This document shows positions 19,325 to 29,698 of a stretch of DNA of 64,000 nt, piece by piece. Numbering within the stretch: the stretch's first letter is position 1; each line of letters opens with the position of its first letter. The stretch is taken from contig JAFDVL010000009.1 of assembly GCA_018268995.1 (NCBI GenBank), forward strand, positions 987-64,986, written 5' to 3'. This stretch comes from Acidobacteriota bacterium (lineage in GTDB: Bacteria; Acidobacteriota; Blastocatellia; RBC074). The notes beneath the pieces were generated by a model. The model saw only the letters and a program-made list of their open reading frames with translations, was not told the DNA's origin and did not search any database. Both the position numbers and the translations under genes were made by a program.

Positions 19325-20953
19325 CTAATCCGTAGCGTAAATCACAACCGGTTTTGTATGTGACCAGTTGGCAAATTTGTTGTTGATCTGCTGCGCTAGA
19401 TTGCTTTGCAGCAAGCCTCGTTGCGAAAGCCAGTTGGTTGTCCCTTCAACATATTTTCGCAGCCAGTTTGGCTGACGTTGATAGCGATACACCTCGCGCC
19501 AGCCGGGCGGCGGATTGATAATTTCAGGCGGGTACGAATCTTCTTTGTGATAGCTCAGCAAATACGAATTGATCGCCACATACGTGTGCTCGAACTTAAT
19601 CGGCGGAGTTGTATGCACATCTTCATCCGGCTTCGGGAGCCGGAAGTTTTTGTATCTTTCGTCCTGCTGAAAACCAGCGAAGTATTGAAGAAAGCGTTGA
19701 TCGCTGCGGTGCATATACACCGGGCGATCCTGATACTTTTGTGCAAAAGCAAAGATGGCGCGAGCATTGTCTCTGTGAGCGTGATAGCCCTCGCGTAATA
19801 AATACACAAATGAGAGCGAACTCAGCACAATCAGCGCAATCACTGTCCATTGCAATTTCCTGGCGTACTCACTGAGCCAGACAGCCGCCAACACTAGGAA
19901 TGGTGCAGTGAACATCAGCATATAAGCTTCGATTTTGTACAACGGCACGTACGGCTTTGTGCTGGTGGGATAAACGCTCAGAACCAATAAAAATGTCAGT
20001 GCCCAGAGAAACGGCATCCAACTTTCACCCAGGATGTTTTGTTTGGCTCGCCAGTATTTTTTTATTCGATGCAGCAGCATTCCCAACGACACCAGCAAGC
20101 TCAACCCCACATAATGAAAATCCACGAACATCCAGTAAAGATACAGCCCCACACTGTTTTGCACCTGAAACCCACCTGCGGTGATTGGGGCATTGGACGT
20201 TTGATCGTGTAGCACCAGATTCAACCGTGCAAACCCGCTTCCCATCACCTGCCAAAAGACGAAAAACTCAAAGGCAAAAACAAACACAAAGCCAAGTGCG
20301 AACCAGCTCCAATTCCATTCAATCCGTCGTCTGAAGAACAGCACGAGCAGAAAGAACGGCGCGATCAGAACCGCAACAAATTTGGTTGCATATGCCAGCG
20401 CCAGCGCGACGCCGCCGAAGAAATAAAACCATCGTTTGTGCTTGTGAGATTCGCTTTTGTCAGCACGCACGAAAAGATACAGGCTTAGCAATAACCAAAA
20501 ACTCAGCGGACAATCGGCCATTGGCTGCGAAGCGTAAATGATTTCCAGCGGAAACGTCGCAACGATGATTCCTGCCAGCAGCGCGGCCTGTTCATTTTTT
20601 AAATGTAGCGCCATCAGATACGCTATGGCTACAGTTCCAACCGAGGTCAGCAGCGGCCAGAGCATCGAACTGAAGTTATCCACTCCGAATAATTTGTAGC
20701 TGGCTGCCAACGGAAACAGTACTCCCCACCGTGTCGTCTGCTCATAAAAATAGGCTGGATTCCATTTCCCCTGTGCAATGTCCCAGGCAGATAAGCTATA
20801 GGTAAAAGGATCGCCCGGCGAAATCCCATGCCAGAAAATAATCCGCAGCAAGAGCGCAATTAAAAGTAGAGCGGCTAATTTAAGCAGGGACGGATTCAAG
20901 TTATTTGGCGTCACTTGCACGTTGCTGGATGTTTGCTTGGGGTGAAGCTTCAT
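19325..20953 (-). CDS. Polytopic GT-C fold glycosyltransferase of the ArnT/PMT (GT39/GT83, PMT_2) type - transfers a sugar from a polyprenyl-phosphate donor
   Basis: Contains 11 or more predicted TM helices. The N-terminal region has an acidic periplasmic-loop motif (…ISPGDPFTYSLSAWD…) in the position of the ArnT/PMT DE-loop. The C-terminal soluble periplasmic domain is about 200 aa. It is tightly linked (3-bp gap) to the next gene. Confidence 0.65.
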   Translation of the reverse strand: MKLHPKQTSSNVQVTPNNLNPSLLKLAALLLIALLLRIIFWHGISPGDPFTYSLSAWDIAQGKWNPAYFYEQTTRWGVLFPLAASYKLFGVDNFSSMLWPLLTSVGTVAIAYLMALHLKNEQAALLAGIIVATFPLEIIYASQPMADCPLSFWLLLSLYLFVRADKSESHKHKRWFYFFGGVALALAYATKFVAVLIAPFFLLVLFFRRRIEWNWSWFALGFVFVFAFEFFVFWQVMGSGFARLNLVLHDQTSNAPITAGGFQVQNSVGLYLYWMFVDFHYVGLSLLVSLGMLLHRIKKYWRAKQNILGESWMPFLWALTFLLVLSVYPTSTKPYVPLYKIEAYMLMFTAPFLVLAAVWLSEYARKLQWTVIALIVLSSLSFVYLLREGYHAHRDNARAIFAFAQKYQDRPVYMHRSDQRFLQYFAGFQQDERYKNFRLPKPDEDVHTTPPIKFEHTYVAINSYLLSYHKEDSYPPEIINPPPGWREVYRYQRQPNWLRKYVEGTTNWLSQRGLLQSNLAQQINNKFANWSHTKPVVIYATD

Positions 20954-21066
20954 TGATCACTCACCATTACGCTGTACGACCGTGGGCAGGAAAGACGAAA
21001 CTCTCAAGATAAAAGAATGAGCAATGGGGGATGGGTCATGGTTAATATTGCTGTTAGATTGGACAT

Positions 21067-22557
21067 TTAATCTCTCACGTCGAGGGGCTTGAGTTGGAAT
21101 AAGCAATAATCATTGCATTCCGCCAGCACAGGATAGATTTGTCGCAAGTCTTCTTCAAGATGTTTTTTATACCGGAAAGTGCTTTTGGCGGCGAGGTAGT
21201 ATTTCGCTCCCCGCTTAATGAATGTTGCGATGGATTCCAGGGATTGCTCTTCAATACAAACATTGAAGCCTTTGCGGTCAGCCCAATACATCATAAACGA
21301 GGCGTTATATGCGACCGGAAATCCTTCATCCTGACAGACGCCACCAGTGACCAGAATCAATTCATTTCTGGAAATCATCGCCGCGAATGATTTCGCACAG
21401 TTCATTAATTCTGATGGTTTCCAGGCTTTTGCATCAACGACAATTTGCCGCATTTGAAATAAGAGAATGCCTGCCAGACTGAAAATGCCTGCGGCTTTCA
21501 ATGCCTTGTTCCAACGTAGGTCGGTTTTTAATTGTCGAATGGCTTCAATGCCGCTGCCGATCAGCAATGCATAGCCAGGCAGGGAGACAACGTGATAATA
21601 GGCAGCCCATTGATCGCTGGTGGTTCGCGCCGCAATCAGGTAATAAGTCACCGCCGCAAAAAGCCAGCTCAGCCCATAATTGACAGGCTTTTCGCGCCAT
21701 TTCAGAAACACGCCAAGCAGGGCCAGAATGATTCCCGTCGGCATCAACACATAAAAAAGCTCCGAACGGCTGATCCCAACGATGAACGACGGATCGGTGA
21801 ATAAATCCAATCCTGCCCAATGATATTCGTTGGAAACGCCCAGCGAGTTGCCGTATTGCAACCAGAATTTGTGCGCGTGGACATACCACAATGCTCCGGG
21901 CAACAACGCCACGACGGCAAAGAGCCACAGCCGAACCTGCTTGATCGCGGCCAGACTGTATTTGCCAAGCAGCAGCAGCGTAAAAAATAAACCAATATGC
22001 GCTGCTGGAGCTTTTGCCAGAATGGCTAACGCCGTTGCTGTACAAGCGACGATGAAATGCCAGATTGCCTCACTGTCCAGCCAGCGAATGAAGAAATATC
22101 CCGCCAGCACATAGCCCAAAAACATCAGTCCTTCTGGTTGCAATGAAGTCGAAATGTTGATGAGGAGTGGATTAAAGGTGAAAAAAATAAAGGCAACGAT
22201 GGCTCCCACAGGCGGCAATAAATACCGCGCCAGCCGATAAAAACTGATGAGCGTCAGCAGCGAAAAGACAAAGTTAATGATCCGGCCCAGACGTTCGTCA
22301 AAGCCAAATAGCTTGTATCCCGCCGCAATTAACCAGGGATAGAAAGGAAACTCCATCTCGGCATAGCCGGGGCCATCGCCACGCCAGTCAACGCGCGGAT
22401 AAAACAGGTTCATGTCCTCGCGATAAAAACTGCGGGCTATTCCTGCCACATCACATTCACGCCAGGAGGGGCGATCTACCGTATGCCGCAGGTCTGCCAT
22501 TCGGATTGCCGCACCCAACAGAAAAACAACGACGAAAATCAGCGAAAATTTCTTCAT
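21067..22557 (-). CDS. Second polytopic GT-C fold glycosyltransferase of the ArnT/PMT (PMT_2) type
   Basis: Signal/TM1 MKKFSLIFVVVFLLGAAIRMA and an early loop (…RECDVAGIARSFYRED…) typical of ArnT-like proteins. It has many TM helices and a C-terminal soluble domain. Confidence 0.65.
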   Translation of the reverse strand: MKKFSLIFVVVFLLGAAIRMADLRHTVDRPSWRECDVAGIARSFYREDMNLFYPRVDWRGDGPGYAEMEFPFYPWLIAAGYKLFGFDERLGRIINFVFSLLTLISFYRLARYLLPPVGAIVAFIFFTFNPLLINISTSLQPEGLMFLGYVLAGYFFIRWLDSEAIWHFIVACTATALAILAKAPAAHIGLFFTLLLLGKYSLAAIKQVRLWLFAVVALLPGALWYVHAHKFWLQYGNSLGVSNEYHWAGLDLFTDPSFIVGISRSELFYVLMPTGIILALLGVFLKWREKPVNYGLSWLFAAVTYYLIAARTTSDQWAAYYHVVSLPGYALLIGSGIEAIRQLKTDLRWNKALKAAGIFSLAGILLFQMRQIVVDAKAWKPSELMNCAKSFAAMISRNELILVTGGVCQDEGFPVAYNASFMMYWADRKGFNVCIEEQSLESIATFIKRGAKYYLAAKSTFRYKKHLEEDLRQIYPVLAECNDYCLFQLKPLDVRD

Positions 22558-22618
22558 AGCTTCAGCATCATCTGACCGACAGAAACGACCTTGATTCAGG
22601 CCGCCTCCAGACCTTGTC

Positions 22619-24112
22619 CTAACGCAGTGATTTTGTCGTCATGACAGGTTGTAATTCATTCAGCAATTTGAAATCGCGTCGGCCAAACCGATGCCGAAAG
22701 ATCGTGCGCAGCATTCTCAGTGCTGTCTGCGCGATTTTGAAGTAGTTGGCGGAATGCTTGGATTCGCCTCCAATGCGAACGTGGTAGGACACCGGAACTT
22801 CGATGATACGTTTGTTGACTTGCAACACGGCGACCATCATTTCCGGTGCCAGTTCCGGCCCGACGCCTTTCAGCAAGGGCCGAATGCCTTGATATGTTTC
22901 GCGCCACAACGCGCGGTAAGTACATCCAACATCCGTAAAGCGCGGTTGTTGTGACCACCACAGAAGTTCCACTCCTTTGGCCACAAGCACATTGCCCCAA
23001 CGCAACAGCCCGCGCATATTCGCTGCCTGTTCGACCAATTCTTTTGTGGTGCGCGTGCCAATCACCATGTCTGCGTCTTTCAGATATTCCAGCAGCTTGC
23101 TCAGGTCACGGGATTTGAAGGAATGATCTGCCTCAACAACGACCAGAATATCGCCAATGGCGCGATCCAGCCCGTAGCGAATCGTATCACCGTAGCCTGT
23201 GAGTTTCGCCGTTTCGACGCGCGCTCCGGCTGCTGCCGCGACTTGTGCCGTGTTGTCCAGCGAAGAATTATTCACGACCAGCACTTCGTCCACCTGATCC
23301 TTGAAATCATCCACGACGAAGCCGATGGATTGCTCTTCGTTGTAGGCCGGGATCACGACACTGACTTTGCAATTCTCGAATCGCTCCGCGCGTATTTTGT
23401 ATTGCGCGTAGTTGTAATCGTCCACGGTGTTGATGTTGAAGTATTTGCCTTCCAGGAAAAACGGGCGAACGCTTCCAGTCTGCGTAGCCAACGAGTTGAT
23501 CGCGTCAATTAATTCTATGCGACCAGAACGAGGAGAAATGGGCGTTTGCCTGATCGTCGTAAAAATCTCAGGCGTGAAAACAAACGTGCCGCAGCCGAGC
23601 AAATTGTTTTCAATGATCTCTGGCTTTTCGATTAAAGAAACGATGTGGTTGTCGTTGATCTTGAGCGAATAGTTTTTCTTGATTTGATGCAGGTCTCTGG
23701 TTTGTAAAACGCCGCAAATCGCTTTTGTTTCTGCGTTGAACTGCGCCCGCAATTGTTGATGATTGGAATGATGATACAACTCGTCGCCAAGGATTGTGAC
23801 GAATGGTTCCTGTAAGACTTCCTCGGCCAGCAGCATGCCGCGCGCCAGGCCGATGTCTGGATCGTTGCATTTCAGATAGCGCAATGAAACATCCAGCGCC
23901 GCGCCGCTGCCAAAGCGACTGATGATTTGCTCGCCTTCGTAGCCGACAATGATCGTGATGTCATGAATATTAAGTTCATCGCGCAAAATTTCGATGTTGC
24001 GCTGAAGTAAGGTTTTGCCGTCAATTTCGAGTAATGGTTTCGGTAGGTATTGGGTTTTCGGAAAAGCCCGTATCCCGCGGCCAGCCGCAGGGATCAAAGC
24101 CTTGGTTATCAT
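22619..24112 (-). CDS. Bifunctional fusion: N-terminal sugar-1-phosphate nucleotidyltransferase (RmlA/GlmU-like) + C-terminal DPM1/ArnC-like GT2 glycosyltransferase domain
   Basis: The N-terminus (ITKALIPAAGRGIRAFPKTQYLPKPLLEIDGKTLLQRNIE) is the nucleotidyltransferase signature. The C-terminal half (VSVVIPAYNEEQSIGFVVDDF…VVNNSSLDNT…VVVEADHSF) is the GT2 DXD fold of polyprenyl-phosphate glycosyltransferases. Confidence 0.75.
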   Translation of the reverse strand: MITKALIPAAGRGIRAFPKTQYLPKPLLEIDGKTLLQRNIEILRDELNIHDITIIVGYEGEQIISRFGSGAALDVSLRYLKCNDPDIGLARGMLLAEEVLQEPFVTILGDELYHHSNHQQLRAQFNAETKAICGVLQTRDLHQIKKNYSLKINDNHIVSLIEKPEIIENNLLGCGTFVFTPEIFTTIRQTPISPRSGRIELIDAINSLATQTGSVRPFFLEGKYFNINTVDDYNYAQYKIRAERFENCKVSVVIPAYNEEQSIGFVVDDFKDQVDEVLVVNNSSLDNTAQVAAAAGARVETAKLTGYGDTIRYGLDRAIGDILVVVEADHSFKSRDLSKLLEYLKDADMVIGTRTTKELVEQAANMRGLLRWGNVLVAKGVELLWWSQQPRFTDVGCTYRALWRETYQGIRPLLKGVGPELAPEMMVAVLQVNKRIIEVPVSYHVRIGGESKHSANYFKIAQTALRMLRTIFRHRFGRRDFKLLNELQPVMTTKSLR

Positions 24113-24191
24113 AAACGCTCCTAATCAGAATAACTTCAGTTCAGGACTGAAGTTCGGGACACATTCCGTGAGGAGGCCGTATCTCGTTTTG

Positions 24192-25301
24192 CTAATTTGC
24201 AAATTGCTTGTCGTAGGTGAGGCTCGCCGGACTGACCAACATTAGTTCCGACTTTTTGATTGCCTCTGCATGTTGCTTCATTGGGACGACTGCAAATTCT
24301 GAACGCAACATCGCAAGCATCTCGTGGACAATAGAGACCTTTCGCTTCCCGGTCATTTGCATGCCAGGAAAGAAGGCCAATTCCTTCACATCATCACAGC
24401 CCAGAAAATCCAGTGGATGCAGAAGGATTGACGGTTGCACTCCTGCCAACTTGCACATCGTTAGTGCAGTGCGGAAATACAACTTCGCCAGCGCAGGGGA
24501 ATAGCTGCTGGCATACAACAGATAACTGATATGAATCGGAGTCTTGAAAACAGGTAACGTCGTGACCGGGATTTCGATCAACTCGCCTTCAGCAAGTTGC
24601 CATTGATATGGCTTGAGCGGGCGTAATCCTTCAGAGAACTTGCCAAATAACGCTTTCCGCTTTTCACGTTCTTCCGGCGTGAGCTTTGCCGTCGCAAAGT
24701 AATACGCACGCGCCAACGGCCCCAAATACGTGGGAAATGTCGAGCAATCGTATTCATAGCCGCGCCGTTTCAGTACGCGCAACAAGGGTTCTGAACAACT
24801 AAAGCCAGGGCCGCGAAAGCCTGTTGTGCGTTTTCCTGTGACGCGTTCAATCTGCTCTTCTGCCTGCGCGATTTCCTCTTCGATTTGTTGTTCGGTGTAC
24901 AAATGCAACCACGGTTCGTGATGAAACGAATGGTTGCCGATTTCGTGTCCCGCTTCTGCGAGAGACGCCAGCGCCTGCGCATTCTTCTCCAGCGCAGCAT
25001 CCTGCCCGACAATGAAAAATGTAATGGGTTGCTGAATCTGTTTCAGAAAGCTCAACACGCGCGGCACAACAATATCCAGATACGACGGAAAGCTTTCCCA
25101 TCCCGCATCGCCATGCGTTTTCATATACGACCATTGATTGTCGAGATCGAGCGATAAACTAGCGATGGGTTTCGTTCGTTGCATAAACTGTACAACAAAC
25201 ATCTTGTTTGTTGCTCTGAGAGGTTCTTTCCAATCTACTGTCAATGCACATCGTTCTTTGAATGTTGGCCGTTGCCCACAACGTCCAACATTCAAATTCA
25301 A
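24192..25301 (-). CDS. NodB-homology polysaccharide deacetylase (ArnD/PgdA-like)
   Basis: NodB motifs (ITFFIVGQDA…, EIGNHSFHHE). The start is uncertain: the track start at 25301 overlaps the upstream gene by 4 nt, and an internal MFVVQF start near 25202 is an alternative. Confidence 0.7.
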   Translation of the reverse strand: MNLNVGRCGQRPTFKERCALTVDWKEPLRATNKMFVVQFMQRTKPIASLSLDLDNQWSYMKTHGDAGWESFPSYLDIVVPRVLSFLKQIQQPITFFIVGQDAALEKNAQALASLAEAGHEIGNHSFHHEPWLHLYTEQQIEEEIAQAEEQIERVTGKRTTGFRGPGFSCSEPLLRVLKRRGYEYDCSTFPTYLGPLARAYYFATAKLTPEEREKRKALFGKFSEGLRPLKPYQWQLAEGELIEIPVTTLPVFKTPIHISYLLYASSYSPALAKLYFRTALTMCKLAGVQPSILLHPLDFLGCDDVKELAFFPGMQMTGKRKVSIVHEMLAMLRSEFAVVPMKQHAEAIKKSELMLVSPASLTYDKQFAN

Positions 25302-26650
25302 GCCACTTGCCGCAACGCTACGGGCTTGGCCTTCGAGGCAGACAACAATTTCGGCATCACTTGTTCTGCCAGCTTGATGCCTTCATTTACATTTAATGTG
25401 CCGTTCAAAATATGCGATGAATTCACAATGAACACGCCTGGCACGGATGTTTCCATCGCAGGAACGTTGTCTGAATAATGCAAGGTTGGCAACGGAAACA
25501 CATTGCGAACGCGCGAGACTTTGAATGCCAGCACATCATCGCGCTTGATATGCGGATACATGCGCACCAACGCCGTAATGAACCTGGCTTCAATTGCTTC
25601 GTCAGAAAGGTTCAGAATGGAATCACCTGCCGCAAAATACTTTGGCAGATAGACGAGCGTTTGCCCGCCAAATTCTCTTGGATCTACTAACGCCGACATT
25701 TCAATCACGGCAGTGAAGGGAACCCAATCCGCAGTGATGTTCGTGACATAAAATCCGGCCAAAGGTTTCTTGAGGAGTACGGAGGCACAGATGATGCCTT
25801 GATATTGCACTTCGTTCAGTTTGTGTTTTTCTGCTTCACTTAGCTGCGTGCAAACCTGCGCCGCAACATTACCCGGTACAGTGAAGACAACCTGATCGTG
25901 ATCCGCTGTGGTGCCATCCGTCATTTCAAGTCTGACCACATCATTCATTACAGAAGTCGCTTTGCTAATCCCGCTGTGAAGTCTGAGCGTGACACCTTCG
26001 CTTTTTAGAACTTCAGCAAATCGTCCTAACACGCGTGCATAGCCACCGGGCAGGTATCCAAACATTTCTTTCTTCAGCCCGGTTCGTCGGGCAGCATACA
26101 TCCGCGCAATCGTTGTCCAGATAAAGGCTGCTGATGTTTGCTGGTAATTGTCACCTAATTTTGCGCGTAACAACGGCAACCAGATTTTTTCAAACGTCCG
26201 TTTGCCGGAAAGTTTTTTGAGCCAATCTGCAACGGGGATACTTTCAAGCTTTTTCCAATCCTGGATTTTAGAGGCGTAAAAAATCGTGGCCCCCAGGCGG
26301 AATTTATCAAGCAGATTGAGCGGCGGGAATTTCAAAAATTCCACTGTATTCGACATCGAATACAGCTTGTCATCGGTATAAAATCCGGTGCGCGTTTCGA
26401 CCCACTGCATTTCTTGTTCGAGTCCTAATTCATTGAGCAAGGAGCAAAGAAAAGTGTCCGACAGGAGCGTAACGTGGTAATGCCGATCCCATGTGATGCC
26501 GCCGAATTCCCAGGCACTGGCTAAGCCACCCAGGTACGGCGCGCTTTCATACAACGTGACTTGTTTTCCTGCCTGGGTCAGCCGATGTGCGAGGGTCAGA
26601 CCAAGCATTCCCCCACCCACGACTGCCCAGGACTCTGTGTTTGCTTTCAT
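25298..26650 (-). CDS. FAD/NAD(P)-binding oxidoreductase of the amine-oxidase/protoporphyrinogen-oxidase-like family
   Basis: N-terminal Rossmann motif WAVVGGGMLGLTLAHRL…LYESAPYLGGLASAW. Confidence 0.7.
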   Translation of the reverse strand: MKANTESWAVVGGGMLGLTLAHRLTQAGKQVTLYESAPYLGGLASAWEFGGITWDRHYHVTLLSDTFLCSLLNELGLEQEMQWVETRTGFYTDDKLYSMSNTVEFLKFPPLNLLDKFRLGATIFYASKIQDWKKLESIPVADWLKKLSGKRTFEKIWLPLLRAKLGDNYQQTSAAFIWTTIARMYAARRTGLKKEMFGYLPGGYARVLGRFAEVLKSEGVTLRLHSGISKATSVMNDVVRLEMTDGTTADHDQVVFTVPGNVAAQVCTQLSEAEKHKLNEVQYQGIICASVLLKKPLAGFYVTNITADWVPFTAVIEMSALVDPREFGGQTLVYLPKYFAAGDSILNLSDEAIEARFITALVRMYPHIKRDDVLAFKVSRVRNVFPLPTLHYSDNVPAMETSVPGVFIVNSSHILNGTLNVNEGIKLAEQVMPKLLSASKAKPVALRQVA

Positions 26651-26779
26651 TCGGTAATAGTTCTATCGGTCAAGCGAAGTTCGTTGTCTCCGCCTTTTTC
26701 TGATTTGAAAATCAAGTCAGTCGCACATTCCCCAAAATGGTGAATGCCTCCTGCCGGAACACACTGAAAAACTCTTTGG

Positions 26780-27400
26780 CTATTGCGGCGGATTTAGCTC
26801 CGTCACAATTTGGTCGTTAATCTCATAGGGCAAGCCGCACACGCTGCAATCAACGATCTGCTTTTCTGTTGCTTCTGCAAAGCGCAACAACAATTGACCG
26901 CAACGACAAACCGCGCCCACCGATTTCGCCGGATGCCCAATCACCAGATGGAAGTCCGGCACTGACTTTGTCACTAGCGATCCCATCCCGATCATCGCAA
27001 AACGCCCGATGCTCAGGTCATTGCCAATCGTGCAGCCTGCGCCAATTGTCGCACCTGCTTTGACCAGCGTTGGCAACGTATGTTCATCGGGATCAGACGA
27101 CCGCAATTGTTTCAAATCCGGCGTTGTCGCACGTGGGAAACGATCATTCGTGAAAATCGTACCCGCACTGATCATCACACCGTCTTCAATTGTCACAGCA
27201 TTGCAGATGTACACCATCGCATTGATTTTGACGCGATGCCCGATGTGGACGCCATACGCAACGTACGTCTTTTCGCCGATGATGCATTCTTCGCCAATTG
27301 TGCTGGAGTGGCGAATATGAACATTATCCCAAACGCTCGTGCCTGCCCCGATTTCAACATTGCTTTCAATGAGGGCAGTCGGATGAATGCGAACGCTCAT
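26780..27400 (-). CDS. Left-handed beta-helix (hexapeptide-repeat) sugar N-acetyltransferase, WbpD/PglD-like
   Basis: Hexapeptide repeats (…IESNVEIGAGTSVWDNVHIRHSSTIGEECIIGEKTYVAYGVHIGHRVKI…). The likely start is MSVRIH at about 27400 and overlaps the stop of the upstream oxidoreductase gene (27397), so the longer track ORF start at 27478 is probably not used. Confidence 0.75.
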   Translation of the reverse strand: MSVRIHPTALIESNVEIGAGTSVWDNVHIRHSSTIGEECIIGEKTYVAYGVHIGHRVKINAMVYICNAVTIEDGVMISAGTIFTNDRFPRATTPDLKQLRSSDPDEHTLPTLVKAGATIGAGCTIGNDLSIGRFAMIGMGSLVTKSVPDFHLVIGHPAKSVGAVCRCGQLLLRFAEATEKQIVDCSVCGLPYEINDQIVTELNPPQ

Positions 27401-28446
27401 GCGATCTTCCTCAAAGAAGATTCCTGATCCACCAGCCGCAGATAATTTTGATCCAGTGCGTGGCTGACCTTTGTCCATTGATTGCGCGCCAATGCTGTAT
27501 AGGCAGCTTCGATCACTTCCACCGAAGCAATGGCATCTTGTGGAGTCACCAGCAACGCTTCTTCGCCGCGAATGCCGCCGCAGAAGTTGATGATATTGCT
27601 GCGAAACGCCTGCACTTTGTCATAGCCGTTGCCGAACACGATCCATTCATTGCTGGTATTTTGCCTGTATTTCGACGACTTCCACCCTACGACAACTGTG
27701 CCTTTGGTGCCGTGAATATTGATGTAACTTTCCAGTTCTTTGTTGATGCTCCACGAAAGATCAATACGTCCCAGCACCCCGTCGGAGCTTCGTACAAACA
27801 CTTGCGCGCATTCTTCAACCGCCAGGTTGTGCGCGCGCACACCTTCGATCACCTGCACTTCACTGACCGGCCCCAGAAAGTAGCGCATGATGTCCGCTGA
27901 ATGCGTGCCGTTATCAATTAGCACGCCGCCACCGCTAATTTCACGCTGTGAATTCCAGCGTGTGGACATATCAATGCGCGAGGTAAAAGCGTTTTCGATC
28001 AGCAGAATGTCGCCCAAAATGCCAGATCGCACGATGCTTTTGGCTCGTACCACATCTTCCACATAGCGAAATTTGGACGCCATTGTGAGCTTCACTCCAC
28101 AACGACGCGCCGTATCCAACATCAACTCGGCGCTGCTGACATCAATGCTCAAGGGCTTTTCACAGAGCACATGGACCTTACGCTGGCAAAAATGCAGGGC
28201 AATTTCGGGATGACTAACGGGCGGTGTGCAAATGATCACTGCGTCCAACGGCCATTCATCACCGAGTGCTTCATAGGAGTCGTAGCTGCGACAGCCAATC
28301 TGTTCGCCCAATTTGCGAGCAGCTTCGACATTGACATCGGCTACTCCGACGAGACGGGCGATTTTTAAATTCTTGAATGCTTGGGCGTATGCTTGGGCGA
28401 TGCCGCCAGCCCCAACCAAGCCGAAGCGAATGACTTCTTCAGCCAT
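27397..28446 (-). CDS. Gfo/Idh/MocA-family NAD-dependent sugar oxidoreductase (WbpB/GnnA-like UDP-sugar 3-dehydrogenase candidate)
   Basis: N-terminal Rossmann IRFGLVGAGGIAQAYAQAF and the EKP motif (VLCEKPLS). Confidence 0.75.
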   Translation of the reverse strand: MAEEVIRFGLVGAGGIAQAYAQAFKNLKIARLVGVADVNVEAARKLGEQIGCRSYDSYEALGDEWPLDAVIICTPPVSHPEIALHFCQRKVHVLCEKPLSIDVSSAELMLDTARRCGVKLTMASKFRYVEDVVRAKSIVRSGILGDILLIENAFTSRIDMSTRWNSQREISGGGVLIDNGTHSADIMRYFLGPVSEVQVIEGVRAHNLAVEECAQVFVRSSDGVLGRIDLSWSINKELESYINIHGTKGTVVVGWKSSKYRQNTSNEWIVFGNGYDKVQAFRSNIINFCGGIRGEEALLVTPQDAIASVEVIEAAYTALARNQWTKVSHALDQNYLRLVDQESSLRKIA

Positions 28447-28462
28447 CGTCTTGTTCCTCTGG

Positions 28463-29698
28463 TTAATTCGCTAATTCGTTCACTGCTTGATGAATCGAGT
28501 CAGCGATGTAATGAACGTGTTCGTCGTTGTAGCGTTCGTTCCAGGGCAGGACGAGAATGCTTTCCAGGCCAGAAAAAGTGCCAGGGAATTTGCTGGGGCT
28601 GTAATCAACTGCTTCAGGCCGTGCGAGTGTAAACGGCCAGCGACTATTGCCGAAGGTGCGCTGTTCTGCCAGTACCTGACATTGGAATGCAGGCTTCTGA
28701 ATGTAACGAGGCGCAGAGAATATGCCGCGCTCTTCCTTGAGTTTCTTTGCTAACCCAACCGCACCGCCGGGAATCACCGCGCCATCAACGCGCAGGCAAT
28801 ATTTCCAGTAACTGCTTTCATTGCCGGGGGCTACATACGGCGTTTCAATACCACGCACTCCGATCAGTAATTCAGATAACTGATTGGCCGTGCGACGACG
28901 TTGTTGGACTGACCAGTACATTTTGTCGAGTTGTGCTAATGCCACCGCACCTGTAATTTCATTCATTCGATAATTCAGCGCGATGAAATAATGATCAGGA
29001 TTCGGATCACCATAGCCAAATGCTTTATTGATTAGCAGGAAGATACGGCGTGCAAGTGCATCATCATTGGTGACGACTAGTCCACCTTCGCCAGTCGTGA
29101 TGTGTTTGCCTTGTTGCAAGCTGAAGCAGCCGATGTCGCCAATTGTGGCCACGTATCGCCCATGATGTTTAGCAAGAAAGGCTTGTGCCGTATCTTCAAT
29201 GACAGGAATATTGCGTGACTGCGCCAATTGCATAATTTCTGCCATCTCGCACGGATTTCCGAACAGGTGTGTGACGATAATGGCGCGTGTGCGTTCGCTC
29301 AGGCACGGTTCAATGGTTTCGGCTGTTACATTCCAGGTTTTGGGATCTACGTCGGCAAAAACCGGAATCGCGCCTTGATACAGAATCGGCGTCAAGGCTC
29401 CCATATCGGTGATTGACGTCGTGATGACTTCATCGCCGGGTTCGGGATCAATCGCTGCGACTGCAAGATGAACAGCGGCAGAGCCGGAAGTACAGGCATA
29501 GGCATGCTTCACGTCCAGTATTTCCGCAAAACGGTTTTCCAGCTTCTTGACGAACTGTCCTTTAGTGCTGGTCAAGGTGCCAGTGCGAATTGCTTCGGCC
29601 ACAAGGGCAATTTCTTCCTCGCCCAGAGTTCGCCCAGAAGCATCCTGGTCAGAAGGCAATGTAAGGATTTCTGTAGATGGTAATACGGTAGTAGTCAT
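28463..29698 (-). CDS. DegT/DnrJ/EryC1/StrS-family PLP-dependent sugar aminotransferase (WbpE/GnnB/ArnB-like)
   Basis: Family-typical motifs, including the PLP-lysine region (…GCFSLQQGKHITTGEGG…). Confidence 0.8.
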   Translation of the reverse strand: MTTTVLPSTEILTLPSDQDASGRTLGEEEIALVAEAIRTGTLTSTKGQFVKKLENRFAEILDVKHAYACTSGSAAVHLAVAAIDPEPGDEVITTSITDMGALTPILYQGAIPVFADVDPKTWNVTAETIEPCLSERTRAIIVTHLFGNPCEMAEIMQLAQSRNIPVIEDTAQAFLAKHHGRYVATIGDIGCFSLQQGKHITTGEGGLVVTNDDALARRIFLLINKAFGYGDPNPDHYFIALNYRMNEITGAVALAQLDKMYWSVQQRRRTANQLSELLIGVRGIETPYVAPGNESSYWKYCLRVDGAVIPGGAVGLAKKLKEERGIFSAPRYIQKPAFQCQVLAEQRTFGNSRWPFTLARPEAVDYSPSKFPGTFSGLESILVLPWNERYNDEHVHYIADSIHQAVNELAN

